64,000 nt of DNA from Squalus acanthias (lineage: Eukaryota): positions 73,100,001-73,164,000 of the forward strand of contig CM059432.1 of the NCBI GenBank assembly GCA_030390025.1, in the 5' to 3' direction. The number at the start of each line of letters is the position of its first letter. Position 1 is the stretch's first letter. A program made the translations under genes and the position numbers. Shown piece after piece: positions 37,403 to 47,890 of this stretch. The notes under the pieces were generated by a model. It had not been told where the DNA came from and made no database searches. It saw only the letters and a program-made list of their open reading frames with translations.

Positions 37403-38378
37403 ACATAAGAACATAAGAAACAGGAGCAGGAGTAGGCCAATTGGCCCCTCGAGTCTGCTCCGCCATTCACTAAGATCATGGCTGATCCGATCTTGGCCTC
37501 AACACCACTTTCCCGCTCTCTCCCCATACCCCTTGACTCCCTTGTAGTTGAAATGTCTGTCAGTCTCCGCCTTGAATATATTCAATGACTCCGCCTCCAC
37601 AGCTCTCTGGGGTAGAGAATTCCAGATTCATGACCCTCTGAGAGAAGGAATTCCTCCTCATCTCCGTCCTAAATGGGCGACCCCTTATTCTGAAACTATG
37701 CCCTCTAGTTCTAGATAGCCGCACTAGGGTAAACATCCTCTCAGCATCCACCCTGTCAATCCCCCTCAGAATCTTAATATATTTCAATAAGATCACCTCT
37801 CATTCTTCTAAATTCCAATGAGTATAGGCCCAACCTTCTCAACCTTTCGTCATACGTCAACCCCTTCATCCCAGGAATCAACCTAGTGAACTTTCTCTGC
37901 ACTGCCTCCAATGCAAGTATATCCTTCCTTAAATATGGAGACCAAAACTGTACGCAGTACTCCAGGTGCAGTCTCACCAACGCCCTGTAAAGTTGCATCC
38001 AAACTTCCCTACTTTTATACTCCATACCCCTTGAAATAAAGGCCAACATTCCATTAGCCTTCCTAATTACTTGCTGTACCTGCATGCTAACTTTTTGCAT
38101 TTCGTGTACGAGGTCCCCCAGCATTTTGTAGTCTCACTCCATTTAAATAATAATTTGCTTTTTCATTCTTCCTTCCAAAGTGGATAACCTCACATTTTCC
38201 CACATTATACTCCATCTGCCAAATTTTTGCCCACTCACTTAACCTATCCATATCCCTTTGCAGACTCTTTGTGTCCTCCTCACAACTTGCTAGCCCACCT
38301 ATCTTTGTATCATCAGCAAATTTGGCTACAGTACACTCGGTCCCTTCATCCAAGTCATTAATATAGATTGTAAATTGC
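37403..38378 (-). mobile_element. 5'-truncated CR1
   Basis: FADDTKIGG and [18 protein letters not shown] tail. Confidence 0.93.
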
Positions 38379-39074
38379 AAACCTTGACATAATGACCATC
38401 TTTGGTTTAACTGCTAATCAATTTAACCTGAAGCTTCTTGTTACAAAGGAACAGGAGATGACCTGGACAATGTGACCTTGCTAACAGTTGCTAATGTATT
38501 AGCTTCAGTGCCTCTATTGTTCAGGCCAATCTGCCATTAACACCTCACATGGGATGAGTCCCAACCCGTCTGCTTTCATCCTACTCCACCATTGTCCTGC
38601 CTAATCTCCAATATTAGCATATCCTAATCGGACAACGACCCCGAGATGTTATGATTAACTTTGATGGGACACCTAACAGAGCAAATTCTAACATGAGACA
38701 CGTGTAATATAGTTTTTGTAAGAGCTGTGACCTGTTAGAGATTAAATATAGCCACTAGTGACATTTATAAACTAAAAAAGAGCAGCTGATTTCATGATTT
38801 TTAAGAGTCTGTCTGGTTGCCTCATGATTTGAGATGGTGGAGTGGCAATATGACATTACTGTATATATGCTTTTAAGTGGTTGCTTTGCTATCGTTGTTG
38901 TAAAAGTTGTTGTTGTTGTAAAATTTGCCCACAGAAAAAATGGTCGTGCTCAAAGGAGTTTGTGGCCCGCACAGTACAAAAGAAATTGGAGGGAACATTA
39001 CTCAGCATGTGTGCAAATTTCTGATATGCACCGCTGGTGAGTGAGCCTTTATGCCAGTATCCCCAGCTCAAAAT

Positions 39075-40645
39075 AATAGAATCATAGAATGGTTACAGCA
39101 CAGAAGGAGGCCAATCGGCCGGTCGAGCCCGTGCCGGCTCTCTGCAAGAACACTTCAGCTAGTCCTACTCCACTGCCCTTTCCCCGTAGCCCTGCAAATT
39201 TTTTTCCTTCAGGTACTTAACCAATTTCCTTTTGAAAGCCATGATTGAATCTTTCAGGCAGTGCATTCCAGATCATAACCACTCGCTGAGTAAAAAAGTT
39301 TTTCCTCATGTCGCCTTTGGTTCTTCTGCCAATCACCTTAAATCTGTGTCCTCTGGTTCTCCACCCTTCTGCCAATGGGAACAGTTTCTCTCTATCTACT
39401 CTGTCTAGACCCATGATTTTGAACAACTCTATCAAATCTCCTCTCAACCTTCTCTGCTCTAAGGAGAACAACCCCAGCTTCTCCAGTCTATCCACATAAC
39501 TGAAGTCCCTCATCCCTGGAACCACTCGTAAATCTTTTTTGCACCCTCTCTAAGGCCTTCACATCCTTCCTAAAGTGTGGTGCCCAGAATTGGACACAAT
39601 GCCCCAGTTGAGGCCGAACCAGTGTTTTATAAAGATTCATCATAACTTCCTTGTTTTTGTACTCTATGCCTCTATTTATAAAGCTTTTTTAACTGCTTTC
39701 TCAACCTGCCCTGCCACCTTCAACGATTTGTGCACATATACCCCCAGGTCTCTCAATATAAACTAAAGGGTACAATTCTAAAGGGGGTTCATGCACCCCC
39801 TTTAGAATTGTACCCTTTAGTTTATATTGCCTCTCCTCATTTTTCATACCAAAATGTATCACTTCACACTTTTCTGCGTTAAATTTCATCTGCCATGTGT
39901 CCATCCATTTCACCAACCTGTCTATGTCCTCTTGAAGTCTTATCACTGTCCTCCTCACTTCACTATACTTCCAAGTTTTGTGTCATCTGCAAATTTTGAA
40001 ATTCTGCCCTGTACACCCAAGTCCAAGTTATTAATATACATCAAGAAAAGCAGTGGTCCTCGTACCAACCCCTGGGGAACACCACTGTATACCATCCTCC
40101 AGTCCGAAAAACAACCGTTCACCACTACTCTCTGTTTCCTGTCATTTAGCAAATTTCGTATCCATGCCGCCACTATCCCTTTTATTCCATGGGCTTCAAC
40201 TTTGCTGACAAGCCTATTATGTGGCACTTTATCAAACGCCTTTTGGAAGTCCATGTACACTACGTCAACCGCACTGCCCTCATCAACCCTCTCTGTTACC
40301 TCATCAAAAAACTCAATCAATTTAGTTAAGCACAATTTACCTTTAACAAATCCGTGCTGGCTTTCCTTAATTAATCCACACTTGTCCAAGTGACTGTTAA
40401 TTTTGTCCCGGATTATCATTTCCAAAAGCTTCCCCACCACCGAGGTTAAACTGACTGGCCTGTAGTTGCTGGGTTTATCCTTGCACCCTTTTTTGAACAA
40501 GGGTGTAACATTCACAATTTTCCAGTCCTCTGGCACCATCCCCATATCTAAGGTGGATTGGAATATTATGGCCAGTAGCTCTGCAATTTCCACCTTTACT
40601 TCCCTCAGCATCCTAGGATGCATCCCATCCGGTTCTGGTGACTTA
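39075..40645 (-). mobile_element. 5'-truncated CR1
   Basis: RT ORF 39955-40671; CATAGAAT tail. Confidence 0.94.
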
Positions 40646-40813
40646 ATGCAACTTGGAGAAATATACAACAAAAACCACTACATTGTCAGTGAAATTAAGT
40701 TAGTGAACCAATTTCAGTTTATTCAGTTATCTAAACCTTTCAACTAGATTGCTGTCTACACTGATATCTGTCTGTCTATCTATCTATCTATACACATGCA
40801 CAGACCTTTCTTT

Positions 40814-41210
40814 GGGATTGCACCTTGACATGGTGGAAAGGCTTGCATGCTCCTATGACCTTGAGATCTACACTGGCAGGAATATAACTCCTGGCAGGAC
40901 CACTCAAGCTAGACAGGTCAAAAGGTACGAGCCAGACTATAGACAGTTCACTTGGTGGGGTGGGGGGAGGGGGGGGTTGTGAGTGAGGCTAATGGCCTGT
41001 CCACGTAAAAATGCCCTTTGTCATGGAAACAGCCCAGAGACAAGATGAGTCTGTTACAGACTTGCAAATATAACCATCAACTGTGGAGACCCACAATCTG
41101 CTGGATCCAAGGCAAGCGGATGCTCAGATGGAGTCAAATCTTGCTCTGGACAGACAGAAGTGGAAGAAATGGGTAGCTTCATGTGCCACTAGGCACAGGA
41201 GACTCTAACT
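40814..41210 (+). mobile_element. RTE-like short element (5' UTR joined to a 3' end)
   Basis: CCTTGACATGGTGGAAAGGCTTGCAT..ATGACC and GACAGGTCAAAAGG..GAGCCAGAC resemble RTE 5' UTRs; GACAGACAGAAGTGGAAG..TGTGCCACTAGGCAC resembles an RTE 3' end. Confidence 0.55.
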
Positions 41211-41229
41211 AATGTAGAGTCTGGAAGTA

Positions 41230-41530
41230 CAAAAAGATGGGCAAGAAAGATAAGATGAAGATATTCAGAAGTGCAGTGGAGTTAGTCTTGATATATGGTG
41301 ATGACACTTGGACATTTACGAAGAAACTGGAAAAGGAACCAGATGACACCTACACAAAACTGTGGAAAAAACCTTAGATGTCTGCTGAAAAGACCACATC
41401 TCCAATGAGATATTATATGAAGACTTACACAAAATAACAACTGTAATAATGCATATAATGCTGACGCTTGCTGACCATTCCTTCACAGCAAAACAGGAAT
41501 CAGTTTAAGAATTATAATTCTGGGAACCAA
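41230..41530 (+). mobile_element. RTE/RTE-X RT C-terminal fragment
   Basis: KMKIFRSAVELVLIYGDDTWTFTKKLEKE.D.TYTKL. Confidence 0.65.
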
Positions 41531-41545
41531 AACATAGAAACAAAA

Positions 41546-41975
41546 AGGTTAGATGCAGGGAGGATCTTTCCCCTGGCTGGGGAGTCTACAAAATTGAGAG
41601 GTCGCACAACACCAGGTTATAGTCCAACAGTTTTATTTGAAATCACAAGCTTTCGGAGCTATCGATTGGAGTCTACAGCCAGGGGGTCACAGTCTCAGAA
41701 TAAGGGGTCAGCCATTTAGGACTGAGATGAGGAGAAATTTCTTCACTCAGAGGGTGGTGAATCTTTGGAATTCTCTACCCCAGAGGGCTGTGGAGGCTCA
41801 GTCGTTGAGTATATTCAAGACAGAGATCGATAGATTTTTGGATATTAAGGGACTCAAGGGATATGGGGATAGTGCAGGAAAGTGGAGTTGAGGTAGAAGA
41901 TCAGCCATGATCTTATTGAATGGTGGAGCAGGCTCGAGGTGCAGAATTGCCTACTCCTGCTCCTATTTCTTGTTA
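41546..41975 (+). mobile_element. CR1 3' end carrying a 77-nt insert at 41591-41667
   Basis: LDAGRIFPLAGES...GHSLRIRG..FRTEMRRNFFTQRVVNLWN. Confidence 0.9.
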
Positions 41976-42868
41976 TTAAAAGAGAGGTTGGCCTAGAATT
42001 AAGTACTATACTCAACTTGTAGTGGATACAGAAATTCCCAAAGAAGAGTTACCATCATGCACTACATGTGCTTTATAGCTGGGTTTGTTAATCAGAAAAA
42101 TGAAAATCAAAAGTATTTGAGCCACTACCTTCTATTTTTGCTACTGAGAGGAAAGGCTGACTAATAACTATGCTGTGACTCCACTTGTCAGAAGATGTTA
42201 AATACATCAGTGTAAATTAGGCAGATTTACAAAAAAAAAATCAACACTAGTTGTATAGATATTGCTACAGTTTTATTACCCATGACTATTACATTCTGCA
42301 TAATAGAAACTTTGGTCTAGAAATTGGACTGCAACACGAACGTTGCCAGTTTCACCGTGGCCTCGGGTTAACGGATGCCAAAAATGGTAGCGGCGGTAGG
42401 AGAGAAAAATTTGCGCTGGGGATTAAAGATTATTAGCCCACAGCTAAACTGACTGTGTAACGCCCTCCTGGTAACGCCTTCAGTGGTAGAGAATTCCACA
42501 GGTTCACCACCCTCTGAGTGAAGAAATTTCTCCTCATCTCAGTCCTAAATGTCCTACCCCATATCCTGAGACTGTGACCCCTCGTTCTAGACCCCCCAGC
42601 CAGGGGAAACATTCTCCCTTATCCAGTCTGTCTAGCCCTGTCAGAATTTTATATGTTTCAATGAGATCTCCTCTCATTCTTCTAAACTCTAGTGAATACA
42701 GGCCTAGTCAACCCAATCTCTCCTCATACGACAGTCCTGCCATCCCAGGAATCAGTCTGGTGAACCTTCGCTGCACTCCCTCTAATGCAAGTATATCCTT
42801 TCTTAGGTAAGGAGACCAAAACTGCACGCAATATTCCAAGTGTGGTCTCACCAAGGCCCTGTATAACT

Positions 42869-42910
42869 TCACCTGAGGAAGGAGCAATCGATAGCTCCGA
42901 AAGCTTGTGA
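42869..42910 (+). ncRNA. Minimal type I hammerhead ribozyme, intact
   Basis: TCAC-CTGAGGA-A-GGAGC(AATCGATA)GCTCC-GAAA-GCTT-GTGA: all stems pair. Confidence 0.85.
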
Positions 42911-42997
42911 TTTCAAATAAAACTGTTGGACTATAACCTGGTGTTGTGCGACCTCTCAATTTTGTCCACCCCAGTCCAACACCGGCATCTCCGCATC
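42869..42997 (+). mobile_element. 129-bp hammerhead-containing Penelope-type mini-element
   Basis: 6-bp TSD ATAACT within CR1; hammerhead at the 5' end; AATAAA downstream. Confidence 0.85.
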
Positions 42998-44675
42998 ATA
43001 ACTGTAGTAAGACATCCTTGCTCCTGTACTCAAATCCTGTTGCAATGAAGGCCAGCATACCATTTGCCTTCCTAACTGCTTGCTGCACCTGCATGTTTGC
43101 TTTCAGTGACTGGTGTACAAGGACTCCAAGGTCCCTCTGTACATCAACATTTCCCAATCTATCACTATTTAAATAATACTCTGCCTTTCTGTTTTTCCTA
43201 CCGAAGTGGCTAACTTCACATTTATCCACGTTATTCTGCATCTGCCATGTATTTGCCCACTCACTCAACTTGTCTAAATCGCCTTGAAGCCTCTTTGCAT
43301 CCTCCTCACAACCCCACCTAGTTTCATGTTAAAAGGGCAATGCATTGTTGTTTGCTTAAAAGGGCAATGCCTCTGGGGTAGAGAATTCCAAAGATTCACC
43401 ACCCTCTGAATTTTCAGCCCTTACAGCTCTACTGCCTTTTTAAAAAAAATTAACATTTGAAAAAACATTCCCAAATGGGAGTCTTCAACTCTTAAAGCTG
43501 AATTCCCTTCCGCACTTCAAAAAATGGGTTTGGTGCTTCATTACTAACACAAATGACTTAGCAAGCCAGGGAAGGGACACCCAGGGTCTCGCACGCAGCA
43601 CTCCAGCTTTGTGCATTACGTCAACACTGCAAGAGAGGTCCTCTACCCACAGGGGCCAGGAGGCCCTTCAAAAAGAACAATGTGGGACCACATCACCAAG
43701 GCTGTCACTGCCAGCAGTGTCGCCCCCAGCACCTGGCTCCGGTGCCCAAAGAAGCCTCATGACCTCAGACCATTGGTCAAGGTCAGTGAATACATCTTCA
43801 AAAGCTGTCTTCTACCAACTGCCTCACACACAATGCATGACTCCTCCCCTGAAATCACTCACCTACCAACAATCTGTACCAATCACGAGGCACACCTCCC
43901 ATTCCTAGCTTCCACCTCAGCCCCGTGGAGGAGGCGGTGCTGGCCATTCTTGGCCGGGACATGGCTGAGCCCCCAGCGGCGGGGCTGAAAGGATACAAGA
44001 TGCTGGTATCCTCATACGTTAGCCTCCTTCTGGCATGCACCTCTTGCTTTCCCGACCTTCCCTCACCACAACTCCACCCTTGTGCCTTCCTCATTTCACA
44101 CACCTAAGAAATGCAGCCTGCCCAGCCAGTGGTTGACCAAGAAGAAGGAGAGGAAAGTGAAGAAGAAAAAGAAGAAACACTGTCACTCAATTTTACACTT
44201 CCAGCCACCAGCTCCTCAAAGTCAACCAGAAAGGCCATTTGCAGTGTCCCCCACTGAAAGTCAGCAGCCTTCCACCAGCCATGCTGCAGTCACTGGGGTA
44301 GCACTGTATGACATCAGTAGGATAGGCAATGGCACATACAAGACAGTCACTAAGGGAATGTGTAAGGGTGATGAGTTGATTTCTTGATGTCATATTGGAT
44401 GTATAGATGTATAAAGTTGGATTGGAAAGTTTGCTTTGTGGTGGCTTTTATTTCAGCATTCTGGCCAAGAGGACACTGTGATAGTCAGTAACAAAGGGAA
44501 GGTAAGGTGTGGGACAAATGTTGAAATGGGAATTGGGGTTGTGGTCACTGGTAGCGCAGGCGGATGATTCAATCCCGGATATCCCAGCCAGAAAGGTGCT
44601 GTCTGGATTGCATCCTTCCTTCTGCTCCCTCCTCTTCGGCTTCTTCCTCTTCTGTGTCTTCCTCTTCCCTCTGCG

Positions 44676-44821
44676 AGCGGATGCTGTAAATCTGAAATAA
44701 AAGCATAAAATGCTGGAAATACTCAGCAGGTCAGGCAGCATCTCGACCTGAGATGTGAACGCTGTTTCTCTCTCGACGGATGTTGCCTGACATGCTGATT
44801 ATTTGCAGCATTTTCTGTCTT
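44676..44821. mobile_element. Inverted pair of Penelope pLTR 3' fragments (hairpin)
   Basis: Left arm is the reverse complement of 21488-21555; right arm is a diverged direct copy. Confidence 0.75.
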
Positions 44822-45734
44822 CTCAGAGACCTTCCTTTACCATCCGAGGACTTGCAAGCATCCAGCAGCACCCCATGCTCACTTAAAAAACTTTTAACAT
44901 GTATTGCACATGTAAAAAAAATCCAGTCCAAAAGCTTAAATGCAAACTTATCTGAAAGATGTATGTGTTTCTTTAAGAGGTGCTGACAGCGCCTCTGTGA
45001 GTCTGCTGAACAATAGGTTTTCATGGTGAGCTAAGGACCCAGTGCTGAACTCAGCGCGAAGGTTCAATTTCGCCAAGGTGATATTAGTCGACGTTGCACG
45101 CCAACTGACGTCACCTCTCCCTAATTTAAATTTCCACAGCCATTGCTTTTACCAGCAGTGCTGCCAGCCCTCGGAAAATGGCAGATGCCACGGGAAATGC
45201 AACCAGCTGGCGAAAGAGTGGTGGCCACCATTTTTTTGCAAAATTTTGACGTTAACGGATGATGTAAAGCACCCAAATTTTTAGCCCACACTACCATGAT
45301 CATATGGCAGAAAGATAGTCTTTCTAACTGCTGCAAATGAATACTCAAAACTCTTCCTTCTCATTTTTTTCCATTGGTTCAACATGTATTCAAATTGGGT
45401 ATTAAAATAATCTTGAAATTAGTTTCTATGATGCACCACAGCTGAGTTTTCTGGCAAATTCTAAGAAAAATGCAGAGCTGGAAATCACACATGCAGACTT
45501 TATGCTGATCATGTTATGAGATGTGTTTTAAAAATAATTAAAATGATTAAACTTACCTAAGGAAAAATACCTCACCCTCATTATATTATTAGTTATAGGC
45601 TATAAGCCCACTGCTCCCAATTTTAAAAAAAAGGGTCTTCACTATAATACACATATCACTATAATATACAGAATAGTAAGGAGCCGAAGGATTGTACTAT
45701 AATAAGAGTTGATTGCATATTTAATGTCTTATCT

Positions 45735-46340
45735 AAATACTGTGGCAATAAGAGCAGGTCAGAGGCTGGGTATTCTGCGGCGAGTGTCTCACCTCCTGAC
45801 TCCCCAAAGCCTTTCCACCATCTACAAGGAGTGTGATGGAATACTCTCCACTTGCCTGGATGAGTGCAGCTCCAACAACACTCAAGAAGCTCGACACCAT
45901 CCAGGACAAAGCAGCCCGTTTGATTGGCACCCCATCCACCACCTTAAACATTCACTCCCTCCACCACCGGCGTACCGTGGCTGCAGTGTGTACCATCTAC
46001 AAGATGCACTGCAGCAACTCGCCAAGGCTTCTTCGGCAGCACCTCCCAAACCCGCGACCTCTTCCACCTAGAAGGACAAGGGCAGCAGGCGCATGGGAAC
46101 ACCACCACCTCCAAGTCACACACCATCCTGACTTAGAAGTATATCGCCGATCCTTCATCATCGCTGGGTCAAAATCCTGGAACTCCCTACCTAACAGCAC
46201 TGTTGGAGTACCTTCATCACACGGACTGCAGCGGTTCAAGAAGGCGACTCACCACCACCTTCTCAAGGGCAACTAGGGATGGGCAATAAATGCTGGCCTT
46301 GCCAGCGACGCCCATATCCCATAAGCGAATAAAAAGAAAA
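45735..46340 (+). mobile_element. 3' end of a CR1/L2-group LINE
   Basis: MEYSPLAWMSAAPTTLKKLDTIQDKAARLIG...SLHHRR...WNSLP; 3' UTR ending in an A-rich tail. Confidence 0.9.
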
Positions 46341-46719
46341 TCTAATTACAATTGGGACCCTTTACATTGTGATACACTGAGACCAGTTATACTTTCTGCT
46401 TTCTGCTAAAGCAGATACAAGCGCAGTGAAACCCTTATTATCAACAAGTATAGTATAATTAAACTCAAGTGAATATTTGATAAAAAATAGTCTTGTTAAG
46501 TTAACAGAATAATAAAAATCCAGAAATACTTTCTATATCTACATATTGTATTCATTGCTGCTAAACAAGTGCATTTTTATCCAGTTTAAAAAGTTTGTAA
46601 TTCATGTTATGAAGTCACCTGCTGTGACCTGGAATCGCAGTCTCAATGCAAGAGTAGTTAATTCGCAGATCACATGAAGATGGGGGGGTGGGGGGGAGGG
46701 GAGGGGACTGTGAATTTAG

Positions 46720-47370
46720 AAGAAGCAGATAAGATGTTACAAAAAACTTCATATGATTGCACCTGGGCGGATCAGTGGCAAATGGAGTTCAATATGGACA
46801 AATCTAAATCGGAAGGCAATAAACAAAGCAAATGCCAATTCAGTTGAGTTCAAAACCCCAGAAGTTATGCTAAAGTTCTCCAGTGCTCTGGTCAGGCAGT
46901 ATTTGGAGAACTAGGTACAGATCTGGTCACCTAGAGGCAGTACAGCAGAGAGCAACAAGCTTAATTATCTGGTGACCGGGGGATGAGCTGTGAGGAATGA
47001 CTTGATAAGTTAGGGCTTGTCTACCTCAAAAATAAATGTCTCAGAGGGGGACCATATACAGATTTCTAATAAGATAGTGAAACGAAACAAAAAACATTTA
47101 TTTCAGGACAGGGCAGGGCAGCAAGACAAGAGTGCACAGGTTCAGTGCTATGAAGGGAACATTTAAGATATATACATCAGGAAGAATTTCTTTATAGAGA
47201 GTGATAAATAACTACAATACAGTTGCCTAGAAAGTAGTTTGAGGCTGGGACACTAAAATTATTTAAGAAATAATTACATGCTATAATGGGAAAAACAGTA
47301 CGGTTGGCATCTTGGAACGATAAGATCAAATGGGGTGATGGACCTTTTTTCAATCGGAAAGTATCTTGTG
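46720..47370 (+). mobile_element. Highly decayed CR1 3' region
   Basis: WQMEFNMDK and LVRQYLE remnants. Confidence 0.55.
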
Positions 47371-47689
47371 TTACGCACCAAACTGCAGCAGCTTAAAATT
47401 CTGAAATTATTCACATCATTAGGGAAGGTAAAAAATCAGCCAGGATTCCCAATTCTAACTGCTATCCAGTTGCCCCTGCTGAAAAGTGCATGTGTGTGAA
47501 TGTCAAGCAAGCACAGCATCAAGCATTGTGGTGCTCCTCCACCACCTTTCTCTATAGAGTAAATCTTACAAGGTCTCAAGCAAATGGCAGAGCCTCGCAT
47601 GTAGACTGTGTGTATAGAAAATTGCATTACTTCCATAGTTGAAACACTTGCCTGTTTTTAGAACACCTCTATGTACAGTGAACCTGCAT

Positions 47690-47890
47690 GATAACAACAA
47701 CTTTTGTTTATATAGTGGCTTTAACGTAGTAAAAAATCCCAAGGTGCTTATCAGGAGTGTCATAAAACAAAATTTGACACCGAGCTACATAAGGAGAAAT
47801 TAGAGCAGATGACCAAAGGCTTGGTCAAAGAGGTAGGTTTTAAGGAGCATCTTAAGAGGTAGCGAGGCGGAGAGGTTTAGAGAGGGAATG
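47690..47890 (-). mobile_element. L2 3' tail
   Basis: Reverse complement of the 36921-37075 type. Confidence 0.7.

Larger units (their letters stand above)
42480..43330 (-). mobile_element. CR1 fragment without its tail, interrupted at 42869-42997
   Basis: Very similar to 13720-14445. Confidence 0.92.
42314..45287. mobile_element. Probable decayed Harbinger element with nested CR1 and pLTR
   Basis: GGTCTAGAAATTGG ... CCCAAATTTTTAGCCC ends; Myb remnant REVLYPQG..WDHITKAVTA..TWLRCPKK at 43570-43785. Confidence 0.55.
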
